64,000 nucleotides of DNA from Candidatus Eiseniibacteriota bacterium. Its GTDB lineage: Bacteria; Eisenbacteria; RBG-16-71-46; CAIMUX01. Shown one piece after another: positions 9,868-18,935 of the stretch (its first letter is position 1; every line of letters starts with the position of its first letter). The DNA lies in contig JADJQY010000005.1 in assembly GCA_016712505.1 (NCBI GenBank), forward strand, positions 249,258-313,257, given 5' to 3'. The position numbers and the translations under genes were made by a program. Under the pieces are notes generated by a model. That model was not told the DNA's origin and made no database searches. It saw nothing but the letters and a program-made list of their open reading frames with translations.

Positions 9868-10932
9868 TCAGTAGGCGCCCTCCCCGCTCACGACGGCAGG
9901 GATCGTACGGATCAGGATCGCCAGATCCAATGCCAGACCTTGGCGATCGATGTATTCCATGTCGAGGCGCATCCACTCGTCGAACCCGATGCGACTCCGG
10001 CCGCTGATCTGCCAGAGGCAGGTCAGGCCAGGCCGCACCGAGAGGCGGCGGAGCTGCCACGGCTCGTACTGCAGCACCTCGTCCGGAATCGGAGGGCGCG
10101 GTCCGACCAGGCTCATGTCCCCCACGAGGACGTTCCAGAGCTGCGGGAGCTCATCCAGGCTGCTGCGGCGCAGGAATCGCCCGACGCGCGTGATGCGCGG
10201 GTCCGAGGCGATCTTGAAGACCGGGCCATCCGCCTCGTTGCGGTGCAGGAGGTGGTCGCGGTAGGTGTCGGCACCCACCACCATCGAGCGGAACTTGTAG
10301 AAGCGGAAACGACGCCCGCCGCGCCCAACCCGCCAGGAGCAATAGAACGTCGGCCCGGCCCCCTCGATGCGAATCGCCAGGGCGATCCCCAGGAACAGCG
10401 GCGCGAGCATGAGGAGAGCGAGCCCGGCAGCTGCGGCATCGAACCAGCGCTTGCCGAACCGCTGATAGAGGCCTCGCTCCGGGTGCAGGGGAACGTTTGG
10501 GAGCTCACGCGTGGTCGCGCGGCCCGCCTCCGCATCCGCCGTCGGCCCGCCCAGGATCGCGGCATTCCGCGAGGCGGGAGTCCCGGTCCCGGCGGTCGCG
10601 ATCTGACCGCCGGACGCGGCGGCTGGCGCGCCGGCAGAGCCGCGCGAAGGGCCGGGAGAAAACGGAGTTCCTCCCTCGGTCACAGTTTCACCCGCGCCGA
10701 GTCGGGACGACTCCAGCGCCGCGCTCCCCTCCCGGGCAAAGGCTCCGGTCGGGACCCGGTCCGGGGTTCGGTGCAGGCTCAAACCGCCCACCTCTCGATC
10801 TTCACCCCGATCGGGTACTGCTCCCTGGTACGCGAGGTCCACCCCCTGGTTGCTGCTACTTCTGGGTGTCTGCCCGAGGCTGGCCGAGGCGACGGGGGGC
10901 CAGACTCGCGTCCCCGGACGCCCTTGCCCCAC
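9868..10932 (-). CDS. polyprenyl glycosylphosphotransferase (Bac_transf family sugar transferase), initiating enzyme
   Basis: [22 protein letters not shown]...[12 protein letters not shown]...[21 protein letters not shown]. Preceded by a Gly/Ala/Pro-rich N-terminal region. The true start may lie further downstream. Confidence 0.75.
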   Translation of the reverse strand: MGQGRPGTRVWPPVASASLGQTPRSSSNQGVDLAYQGAVPDRGEDREVGGLSLHRTPDRVPTGAFAREGSAALESSRLGAGETVTEGGTPFSPGPSRGSAGAPAAASGGQIATAGTGTPASRNAAILGGPTADAEAGRATTRELPNVPLHPERGLYQRFGKRWFDAAAAGLALLMLAPLFLGIALAIRIEGAGPTFYCSWRVGRGGRRFRFYKFRSMVVGADTYRDHLLHRNEADGPVFKIASDPRITRVGRFLRRSSLDELPQLWNVLVGDMSLVGPRPPIPDEVLQYEPWQLRRLSVRPGLTCLWQISGRSRIGFDEWMRLDMEYIDRQGLALDLAILIRTIPAVVSGEGAY

Positions 10933-11020
10933 CTCGAGCGGGTGGATGGAAGAGACGCAAAAATCCTAGCACAGCGCTTTCCAGGATGGCAAACCCTGTA
11001 CGGAATCGATTGTTGAGTGG

Positions 11021-12526
11021 TCAGGAACTGGCCGATCGGGGCCGCAAGATCGGCTCGAGAGCGTCCGCCGCCCCCTCGTCGGTCGCAGGCGGCGGCCCTT
11101 GTTTCACCAGTCGCGTGGCCACCACCGCCAGGGCGAAGAGCATCCACATGAGGTAGACGTAGACGTTTCCCCGCTGGTGCTCGTCGCGGATCTGGGCCAC
11201 GGCGAACATCAGAACCTGCAGGTGAAGCACCGCCTGGGCGGCAGAAGCCATCGACCCCCGGACGAAATTCACCCGGGTTCGAGGCCGGCTGACCCAGATC
11301 ACCTTGCCGATCAGCCAGACAAAGATCATCAGCCCCACGAACCCGGTGGTATAGAAGTAGAAGAGATAGGCGCTGTGGGGCCAGTAGACCACCCCACGCC
11401 CTCCCTTCAGGTCGTAGAACGGCCCGTGACCGATCCAGAGATGGTCGGGGATCTTCCGCAGGATCGCGGTCCAGGCCTCGATCCGCGTGTCCGGGATACC
11501 GCGCTGGAACTGGGTGTTCGCGATGCGGCCGAAGAGGGTGAGGCGGGAGAGCCACTTTCCGGTGATCGCCTCGAGGGACAGGCTCCCCACGACCAGCACC
11601 GGCACGGCGAGGGCGATCTGATCGAAGCGCAGCCGTTCGCGCTGCAGCCACATGTAGTAGAGCCCGCCCAGGACCCAGATCGCCGCGCCTCCGCGGTTGA
11701 CCGACAGGGCGATCATGACCAGGCAGAGAACGCACAGGCTGCCGTACCAGACCCGGTGGGATGTCTTGGTCGCCCGCCGCGCCTGGGTCAGGTGGAGGTA
11801 GAACATCATCGCGCTGTAGTCGGCCAGCAGCCCGTGGAACCCAAAGATCCCGCCGATGCGCCCCCCCGTCGCCGTACTGTGCCCTCCGCGATAGAGGAAC
11901 CACTCCGGAACCAGCTGGTACCCCTTGCCGAAGAACTCGACCAGCGCGGTGACGAAGATGAACCCGCTGGTGATCGAAAGGGCGCGCAGCACTCCCGCCA
12001 GCTGATCCTCGGTGCGGATGCCGTTCACCAACAGGACAAAGAAAACGATCCCCGCGACCAGGAACTGCATCACCCCGAGCCCGTTCATCAGGCCGAAGGT
12101 CGAATCGACGTTGATGAACGAGAGGGCGTGGATTCCGAGATAGGCCCAGATGGCCCAGTCGATCGGTGTCCGGACCGGTCGGGACGCGCGGCCAAAGGTC
12201 ATCTGGACCAGCCAGACGAGCATGAGCAGGCCGAGGAAGAGGACGTTGGTGTCGGCCAGGAAGATGAAGGTCGGCACCACGAAGATGACCGAGAAGAGGG
12301 CGAGCGAACGGGCGAGCGGAAGGCGCGTCACCGCCAGGAGGAAGAGGAGACCGGCCCCGAGCTTGAGGTAGCGCGGAGTGAGGCTGAAGAACTGCGATGC
12401 GACGAACGCGCCCAGGAGCAGGGCGAGCGGAACGGTCACCCACGAGCTGAAGATCAGCTCGTGGATCGGGCGGGCGTAGCGAATTCTCCGGTTCACGCTC
12501 CCGTTCATTCCTCGTCCGTTTCGCAT
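11021..12526 (-). CDS. O-antigen ligase / polymerase family protein (Wzy_C domain)
   Basis: About 10 transmembrane segments and a periplasmic loop with WIGHGPF...HSAYLFYFYTTGFVGL (Wzy_C-like motif). Confidence 0.65.
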   Translation of the reverse strand: MRNGRGMNGSVNRRIRYARPIHELIFSSWVTVPLALLLGAFVASQFFSLTPRYLKLGAGLLFLLAVTRLPLARSLALFSVIFVVPTFIFLADTNVLFLGLLMLVWLVQMTFGRASRPVRTPIDWAIWAYLGIHALSFINVDSTFGLMNGLGVMQFLVAGIVFFVLLVNGIRTEDQLAGVLRALSITSGFIFVTALVEFFGKGYQLVPEWFLYRGGHSTATGGRIGGIFGFHGLLADYSAMMFYLHLTQARRATKTSHRVWYGSLCVLCLVMIALSVNRGGAAIWVLGGLYYMWLQRERLRFDQIALAVPVLVVGSLSLEAITGKWLSRLTLFGRIANTQFQRGIPDTRIEAWTAILRKIPDHLWIGHGPFYDLKGGRGVVYWPHSAYLFYFYTTGFVGLMIFVWLIGKVIWVSRPRTRVNFVRGSMASAAQAVLHLQVLMFAVAQIRDEHQRGNVYVYLMWMLFALAVVATRLVKQGPPPATDEGAADALEPILRPRSASS

Positions 12527-12532
12527 CCGGTC

Positions 12533-13576
12533 TCAGTCCCGCGCCGGCCCCTCGAGGCCTGGCCTTCCCGCCTCGGGCGCCTGCTTGGTTATCGACCCGG
12601 TTTCCGCCGGGCGCGAGGACGAGATACCCGGGACTTCCTTCAGGCTCACCTGCTCCAGGGCGAAACAGAGGAGCCCGACTGCGGTCGTCGGGATCCACTG
12701 GCTGGCGTGGTAGATCAGGGTGAAGGTCAGCGCGATCGACGGATCGACTCCGTACGGCTTGAGCGCCAGGGTTCCGGCGTACTGCAGCGTGCCGACGAAC
12801 CCGGGGGCGGACGGGACCATGGTTCCGATCGCCATCACCACCAGGACGACCACCCCAGCCTCGGCCGGAAGATCGAGATCGAGCGCGCCGAAACAGAGCA
12901 CCACCACCCCGATGAGCGAGGCCCACATCGCGACGGAGAGCAGCAGCGCGGCCAGCATGGCGCGAGGGTGGCCCAGGACGCCGAGACCATCGCGAAAATT
13001 CCGGGTGATCTCGAGGGCCCGCGTTCGGAGGCGCTCCGGCGCGAACCGTTCGACCAGCCGAAGAAAGATCCCCGGGCGGACCTTGAGCAGCACCAGCAGG
13101 GCGTAGATCGGGGCCGAGACGGCGACCAGATACCCGCCCCACCCCCGGACCGCCTCCGGGAGGCGGTGCGAAGCGAGCACCAGCGCGAACAGCCCGAGCA
13201 GGACGAAGGTGTCGAAGAGGCGCTCGATCACGATCGAGGCCAGCGCGGAACTCCGGCTGATGCCGGCGCTCCGACCCACCAGGTAGGCGCGCCACAGTTC
13301 CCCCAGACGCGCCGGAAAGAGATTGTTGCCCATGAATCCGATCATGGTGGCATTCCACAGGGGGCGCATCCCGATCGGGCGGACGGTCAGGAGCAGGAAG
13401 CGCCAACGCCAGGCCCTCAGGAAGTAGGCGGCCATGGTGAGGACCACGGTAGCCAGGAGCAGGTCGAGCCGCACGCGCTGCAACGCAGCCAGCACCTCCC
13501 CGAGCTGCGCGTTCCGGAACGCGAGCCAGAGAAAGAACGCGCTGAGCAGCGTCCCGATCAGGAGTTTCGTCTTCAC
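12533..13576 (-). CDS. flippase-like / lysylphosphatidylglycerol-synthase transmembrane-region (UPF0104) family membrane protein
   Basis: LRAWRWRFLL and GNNLFPARLGELWRAYLV motifs. Multi-pass membrane protein. Confidence 0.6.
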   Translation of the reverse strand: MKTKLLIGTLLSAFFLWLAFRNAQLGEVLAALQRVRLDLLLATVVLTMAAYFLRAWRWRFLLLTVRPIGMRPLWNATMIGFMGNNLFPARLGELWRAYLVGRSAGISRSSALASIVIERLFDTFVLLGLFALVLASHRLPEAVRGWGGYLVAVSAPIYALLVLLKVRPGIFLRLVERFAPERLRTRALEITRNFRDGLGVLGHPRAMLAALLLSVAMWASLIGVVVLCFGALDLDLPAEAGVVVLVVMAIGTMVPSAPGFVGTLQYAGTLALKPYGVDPSIALTFTLIYHASQWIPTTAVGLLCFALEQVSLKEVPGISSSRPAETGSITKQAPEAGRPGLEGPARD

Positions 13577-14736
13577 CCGGCCTGTCCTATCGAGCCGATC
13601 TCGCGTCGCAGCAACGCGTGGATCCCCGCCAGGTCGGTCGGCGGATCGAGGTCACGGCAATTGCTGAGCAGCGTGGTGTACATGCTGGCATCGTTTGGAT
13701 GATACCCGTGCATTCCCCGCACCGGCTGCCCGGACATGAACGAAGGAACGAGAATCTCTCCCTCGCGGAGCAGGAAGATCGCCTCTCCGTAATCGGCCTC
13801 CGGAAACCAGGCACGTTCAGCGCGGAGCTCTCGCTCATCGAGCAGGCGACCATAGGGTAGTTCCGCCAGCAGGGCGAGCACCGCACGTCGGGCGGCGTCG
13901 GTCCCGAACCAGAAGCGGGCCATCGTGCTGTCGAGGAAGAAGAGGAAATCACGCGGCACGGACAGTCCGAGCCGATCGAGACGCGACCAGAGATCGTGCG
14001 TGGCGGAGACTTCGGCCATTCCGTGGTCGCCGAAGGCAAAGGCGCGCACCTCTCGGTACCTGCGCCGCGCAGCCACAAGCAGGTCTCGCATCCGTCGCTC
14101 CAGTGAGGCCAGACAGGCCGCGGTCGCCTCACCCTCCGGGCCGTGCGCGTGCATGGTGGCGTCGAGTTCGGCGCTGTAGAGAAAGAGAACCGGGCGCTCG
14201 CCGCGATCGATCTCCTCCCCCAGCTCGGCGAAGGCGCGGGCCTCCGGCACCGTCCAGTTCCAGAGTCGACCTCCCGCCGCGGCCACGAGGTCGGCCAATC
14301 CGAGGTGCGCCCCGAATCCTCCCGGGGAGAACACATCGTGGCGTTGCGACAGGTCGAACCGCGAGAGGAGCGAGAGCGGCACCTCGTAGAGTGAGAAGTA
14401 CCCGGTGACCCCGGCGCGGCGGAGCGAAGCGGCGGCCCACCTCCGCAGCGTCCACTGCCGCCCGGTCATCCCGGAGAGAGGCCGGAGCCACCAATCGAGC
14501 CGGGAGAACACCCCGTCTCGTCCCGCGCGCCGATACATCGATAGATGCCGGTGCTCTTCGGGCAAGAGCCCCGACATCAGCGTGGGCAGGGCGGCACTCG
14601 AGTAGCCGAGGACGCTCCTGACCGGGTGCCGGGCGGAATCGAACTCGGGAAGAAACGCGTGAGATCCGGCCTGGGTGTAGCCCAGCGCGTCGATCAGAAA
14701 GATCAGCACCAGCCGTTCGGACACAGGTCTCCTCAT
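13573..14736 (-). CDS. nucleotide pyrophosphatase/phosphodiesterase (NPP, type I phosphodiesterase / alkaline-phosphatase superfamily)
   Basis: LIFLIDALG, SSAALPTLMSGLLPEEH (nucleophile-loop motif), GDHGM and GMHGYHPND. Confidence 0.65.
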   Translation of the reverse strand: MRRPVSERLVLIFLIDALGYTQAGSHAFLPEFDSARHPVRSVLGYSSAALPTLMSGLLPEEHRHLSMYRRAGRDGVFSRLDWWLRPLSGMTGRQWTLRRWAAASLRRAGVTGYFSLYEVPLSLLSRFDLSQRHDVFSPGGFGAHLGLADLVAAAGGRLWNWTVPEARAFAELGEEIDRGERPVLFLYSAELDATMHAHGPEGEATAACLASLERRMRDLLVAARRRYREVRAFAFGDHGMAEVSATHDLWSRLDRLGLSVPRDFLFFLDSTMARFWFGTDAARRAVLALLAELPYGRLLDERELRAERAWFPEADYGEAIFLLREGEILVPSFMSGQPVRGMHGYHPNDASMYTTLLSNCRDLDPPTDLAGIHALLRREIGSIGQAG

Positions 14737-14752
14737 GGCAGCCTGGGCCGCC

Positions 14753-15862
14753 TCAGGGCAGCGCAGGCAAGCGTTCCGCGCTCGCCGCCTCCGGTGGCAG
14801 TTCGCGTCCCATCCAGCGCCGGGAGTATGCGTTCCACTCTTCGTCGGGCTCTGCCCAGTAGCGCAGGGCCAGGGCGAGGCGCCGGAGCTCCGGAGTGGCG
14901 ATCGGATCTCCGTTCAGCATGCAACGGCCCAGGACGCGCATCGCCCCCCCCTCCCCCGGACGCAGGCGAAAGTGATCCCGCCAGGCCCGCCAGAGATCCC
15001 GGAGCGCGAGCTGATCGCGCAGCACGATCCGTTCCCGGGGCAGATCCGGAGATTCCATCAGCACCCGGCGCAAGGCAAGCCGATAGGGCTGGAGCGTCGA
15101 GAAGTCCGGGCCGGAGGATTCGGGCTGTTCGAAGTACCGACCGGCCAGCCGCGCGAGTTCGCCCACCGAATCCGGGGCGGGCACCTGGCCGATCAGCCGC
15201 AGGCGGTTCCGCTGACCGACGCAATAGGCGCCGCGAAAGACCAGCCAGGCGGTCCAGTTCGCCGTCAGGGCCTTGGCCAGGGCGTGCGTGAACCGGGCAT
15301 CGCTGCGGGGATCGGTCCCGTGGTCTCTCTCCCGCTCGGCCGACGCACTCCAGAGTTCAAGCGCGCGGTTACCCAGCAACCTGAACCCCTCGTAGGCGGG
15401 GATTCGGGCCGGAGCCGGCGCTACCAGGGGCAAGAATGTGCCCGGGCGCGACCAGAGAATCGTCCCCGCCGTCACGAGATCACACCAGCCGAGGGTAGGA
15501 GCCTGGCGCCCGAGGGCGGCGGTCGGATAGATCCCGATCGTCAAGTGGGGATCCCCGTCCTCGAGCAAGGTGTCGGCGGCATGCTGCGCGGCGCGACGCA
15601 AGGCGGTCGACGGCCAGTGGTCGACGATGAACGCCAGATCGAGGTCGGAGAGTACGACCGGGACGGGCCCGATCCGGCCGAGCGCCTCGCCGGTCGAGGC
15701 GCTCCCCCCGAGGTAGATCGCACGCACGGCGCACGGTTCGAGTGCCGCCGACACGGGACTCAGGGCGCGCGCGAGCACCTCCCGGCAGCGCTGATCGACC
15801 CACGCTTGGTGAGAGAACGGCTGTTCGGGGAGGGTCCAGGCGGAGAGAAAGCTGCGCGGCAC
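14753..15862 (-). CDS. uncharacterised protein with an N-terminal pol-beta-type nucleotidyltransferase motif
   Basis: YLGGSASTGEALGRIGPVPVVLSDLDLAFIV matches the hG[GS]...D.D pattern of minimal nucleotidyltransferases. The remaining roughly 250 aa is unassigned. Confidence 0.45.
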   Translation of the reverse strand: MPRSFLSAWTLPEQPFSHQAWVDQRCREVLARALSPVSAALEPCAVRAIYLGGSASTGEALGRIGPVPVVLSDLDLAFIVDHWPSTALRRAAQHAADTLLEDGDPHLTIGIYPTAALGRQAPTLGWCDLVTAGTILWSRPGTFLPLVAPAPARIPAYEGFRLLGNRALELWSASAERERDHGTDPRSDARFTHALAKALTANWTAWLVFRGAYCVGQRNRLRLIGQVPAPDSVGELARLAGRYFEQPESSGPDFSTLQPYRLALRRVLMESPDLPRERIVLRDQLALRDLWRAWRDHFRLRPGEGGAMRVLGRCMLNGDPIATPELRRLALALRYWAEPDEEWNAYSRRWMGRELPPEAASAERLPALP

Positions 15863-15878
15863 GCGAGCCTGGCCGCGG

Positions 15879-16655
15879 CTACAGACGACGGTAGATGAAG
15901 CCTGGGATCGAATAGCGGCGTTCGTTGAGGACCACGCCGAGGGCGCGCCCGCGGGCCTGATTGATCAGCCGGATCGCCTTCTGCACGATCTCGCGTCGCG
16001 TTCGGTTGGCCCGCACCACCAGCACCATTCCGTCGGTGCCGGCCCCGATCAGGCCACTCTCCGGAGCGAAGAGCAACGGCGAGGTGTCGAGGATGGAAAA
16101 GGCGTAGTGGCGATCCACCTCGCGGCGGAACGCGCCGAGTCGCTCCGAGGAGAGGAGATCGAGCGGCGAACCGGCATTCGAGCCTCGAGGCAGGAAGTGG
16201 AGATTGGCCAGCTCGGTGGAGCGCACCGCCTCCTCCAGGCGAGTCTTCCCTTCGAGCACGTCGGAGAAGCCGAGCCCGTCGGCCGCTTCCTTGAGCGCCC
16301 CGGAGAGGCTTCTCGGGTATCCGGCGATGTCCGCGTCGACCAGCAGCACCGGCCGCTCTTCCCAGTGCGCCAGCTCCCGGGCGAGAAGCAGCGCGAGGGT
16401 GCTCGATCCCTCCCCGGGCACCGCGCCGCTGAAGGCGACCATGCAGGAGCGGGTGGTATCGAGTTCGAGCAAGATCCGCTGGCGGAGGCCCTCGATCTCC
16501 AGTTCGCGGGTCCCGCCAACACCGCGCACCTTTGCACCTCCGGCAAGGGCCGCGCCGCGTCCGTCCCGCGGGGTCAAGGGCTCGAGTGGACCCTCAGCCG
16601 GCGGCCGCTTGCTCCCCGCTCCTCCCTTCTCCAGAGCATCGTAAATGTTGCTCAT
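15879..16655 (-). CDS. BY-kinase-like (CpsD/ExoP C-terminal type) P-loop ATPase, PEP-CTERM-locus tyrosine-autokinase-like
   Basis: SGAVPGEGSSTLA (Walker A without the canonical Lys), LLVDADI (Walker A' region), VVLNERRY...IYRRL C-terminal tail. The start ATG overlaps the upstream TGA (TGATGA). Confidence 0.55.
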   Translation of the reverse strand: MSNIYDALEKGGAGSKRPPAEGPLEPLTPRDGRGAALAGGAKVRGVGGTRELEIEGLRQRILLELDTTRSCMVAFSGAVPGEGSSTLALLLARELAHWEERPVLLVDADIAGYPRSLSGALKEAADGLGFSDVLEGKTRLEEAVRSTELANLHFLPRGSNAGSPLDLLSSERLGAFRREVDRHYAFSILDTSPLLFAPESGLIGAGTDGMVLVVRANRTRREIVQKAIRLINQARGRALGVVLNERRYSIPGFIYRRL

Positions 16656-17503
16656 CAGGTGCTCCGGTAGAAGGAGGCGGTGGGCGCATTCTCCGCGACC
16701 CAATCGAGCTCTCGCGCCGCTTCGCGCACATGGTCGGCCGTGATCTTCTCCGCACCCTTGACGTAGCCGACGAGAAGCGAGCGGTCGCAGATCTGGTTGA
16801 TCAGGCGGGGCAGGCCGGCCGACTGGCGGCCGACTTCCTCCACCGCGCCGAAATCGAACAGCCCCGTGACCCTTCCCTGGCTGGCGACCGCGAGGCGGAA
16901 GTCGATGTACTCGCGCACCGCCTCGCCCGGCAGGCGGGAGAGATCGTAGACCCCGGGGATCCGCTGCCGCAGCTGGCGCAACGAGTGACGCCCGAGCAGC
17001 GTGCGCAGCTCCGGCTGGCCGACGAGCACGATCTGGATCAGCTTGGTGTTGGCCGTCTCGAAGTTTGAGAGAAGGCGGAACTCCTCCAGCGACTCCTCCG
17101 AGAGGTTCTGGGCCTCGTCGATGATGAGCACCGCGTTCCCCTGCTTGTCCCGCATCCGGAGGAGGAACTGCTGCAGGGCGAGGAGCAGGTCGACCTTGCT
17201 CCGGCCCGCAGGCTGCACATTGAAGTCGAGCAGCGCGAGATAGAGCAACTGTTTGAAGTTGAGCCGCGCGTTCATGACGATCGCGGTCTCGATCTCCTCG
17301 GGAAGCTGCCCGAGCAGGGTCCGGATGAGCAACGTCTTTCCCGTCCCCACCTCGCCGGTGAGGGCGAGGAACCCCTTCCGCTGTTCGATCCCGTAGTGCA
17401 GGTAGGCCAGCGCATCCCGGTGGCTGCGGGTGAGGAAGAGAAACCGAGGATCTGGGGTGATCGAAAACGGCGACTCCTGCAGCCCATAGTATGACTCGTA
17501 CAT
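16655..17503 (-). CDS. ExeA/GspA-like AAA ATPase (PEP-CTERM-locus putative secretion ATPase type)
   Basis: Walker A GEVGTGKT and Walker B LIIDEAQNL. Confidence 0.7.
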   Translation of the reverse strand: MYESYYGLQESPFSITPDPRFLFLTRSHRDALAYLHYGIEQRKGFLALTGEVGTGKTLLIRTLLGQLPEEIETAIVMNARLNFKQLLYLALLDFNVQPAGRSKVDLLLALQQFLLRMRDKQGNAVLIIDEAQNLSEESLEEFRLLSNFETANTKLIQIVLVGQPELRTLLGRHSLRQLRQRIPGVYDLSRLPGEAVREYIDFRLAVASQGRVTGLFDFGAVEEVGRQSAGLPRLINQICDRSLLVGYVKGAEKITADHVREAARELDWVAENAPTASFYRST

Positions 17504-17515
17504 CTCGCCCTCCCG

Positions 17516-18898
17516 TTACCGCAGCTTCCCGACCGAACCCAGAACCGGCAGCCGCAGGTGTGTTTCCACCTCGGTGGCGTCCTTCAGGGAGTGATCGAGC
17601 CCGTCGAGCAGGAATGCCAGGGCAAATCCGACGAAGAGCGACAGGAGCGGAATCAGCGCCATGCGGACGATGTCATTGGTCCGCAGGGCGACCGCCTTCT
17701 GGGCAGCCTGCAGCACCAGGACGTTGTAGTCGGAAGTGCCGGTGCGTTCGATCCGAGCCTGGATCTGCTTCTCGACCAGCGCGTCATAGTCCGCCTGAAG
17801 CGACTTGAGCACGCGGTCGAACGAGGTCAGTCGCGCTTCCTTGGACGGAAAGCCGGACAGTTCGGAGTCGACGTAGTGCAGCGTGCCGAGCAGCGCCTCC
17901 TCGCGGGCCTTCAGCACCTCGACCTTCGACTCCAGGTGTTTCAAGTAGCTGTCCACTTCCCGCTTCAATTCCTTCTGCAGCTCCTCCATCCGGGTCTTGT
18001 GCCCGAGCACTTCCGGATGCTGCTCGGTGTACTGCCCAGCGGCGGTGAAATAGGCGGTCCGTTCCTGGATCAGTTGCCGCTTCACCTCCGCCACCGTCTG
18101 GTCGTCGCTGTTGTCCGCTTCGGAGAAGGGATAGACTTCGTAGTCCCCCTTGGCGCTGCCGCGGATGCGGGACCGCATCACCTCTACCTTGGCCTCTTCC
18201 GACGCGAGATCCGCGCGGACATCGTTCAGTTTCAGTTCGGTCGAACGACGCACCTCGATCAGGCTGGAACGCTCCTCCGAGATGCGCACGACCGACTCCT
18301 CCGCCATGAAGTCGGCCCGGCGCTGTTCCCAATCCTCGAGTTGCAGGCGCAGGTCTTCGATCTCTTCGCGGAAGAACTTGTCCACTTCAGGCACCGCGCG
18401 CACCTGCTGCCGGAACTCCGAGTAGGCCTGCGTGATGGCGCGGCAGCCATCGCGCGAGGCGATCGGATCGAGATCCTGATACTTGATGTAGATGACGCTC
18501 GACTTGCCGTTGATCGCCGCCGTGACCCGTCCGGGTTCGAGTTCCACCGGCTTGCCGTCCCCGCCGGTGGCGTGTCCCGCGTCGAGCAGCTTCTGGGCCA
18601 ACTCGATGATGTGACCGCTGGTCACGGTCTCCATCTCCGAGTTGAGTTCCTCTTCCCAGGAGAGGAGCGGCTTCATCCGGGAGGTGTAGGCGCTTTCGGG
18701 CTGGCCGCGGCTGACCAGCACGCGGGCGACCGACTCGTAGAGCACCGGCCGGGTGGCATTGAGCAGCGCCACCACTCCCAGCCCGGCCAGGAAAGCGGCG
18801 AACACGACCCACTTCCGCCGGAAGCAGACCGCCGCGAAGTCGCGGAGGCTCGCCTCGCGGGGAGTGTCGCCCTCTCTTTGAATGACTGCGCCGTCCAT
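17516..18898 (-). CDS. polysaccharide chain-length determinant (Wzz/PCP family) protein
   Basis: N-terminal and C-terminal transmembrane segments flank a long coiled-coil periplasmic region. The start was trimmed to the ATG at 18898. The stop codon is TAA. Confidence 0.65.
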   Translation of the reverse strand: MDGAVIQREGDTPREASLRDFAAVCFRRKWVVFAAFLAGLGVVALLNATRPVLYESVARVLVSRGQPESAYTSRMKPLLSWEEELNSEMETVTSGHIIELAQKLLDAGHATGGDGKPVELEPGRVTAAINGKSSVIYIKYQDLDPIASRDGCRAITQAYSEFRQQVRAVPEVDKFFREEIEDLRLQLEDWEQRRADFMAEESVVRISEERSSLIEVRRSTELKLNDVRADLASEEAKVEVMRSRIRGSAKGDYEVYPFSEADNSDDQTVAEVKRQLIQERTAYFTAAGQYTEQHPEVLGHKTRMEELQKELKREVDSYLKHLESKVEVLKAREEALLGTLHYVDSELSGFPSKEARLTSFDRVLKSLQADYDALVEKQIQARIERTGTSDYNVLVLQAAQKAVALRTNDIVRMALIPLLSLFVGFALAFLLDGLDHSLKDATEVETHLRLPVLGSVGKLR

Positions 18899-18935
18899 GA
18901 CTCTGGTTAACCCCGACTTCGTGTTCCCGATCGCC

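Noticed and set aside
10779-13702. Very long ORFs in alternative frames (875 aa minus strand, 867 aa plus strand; also 1290..4457 +, 14735..15898 +, 21961..23889 + and others) with Arg/Gly/Pro-rich translations
   Set aside because: These are shadow ORFs typical of 70 % GC DNA. They have low-complexity composition and no motifs, and they overlap well-supported genes on the other strand.
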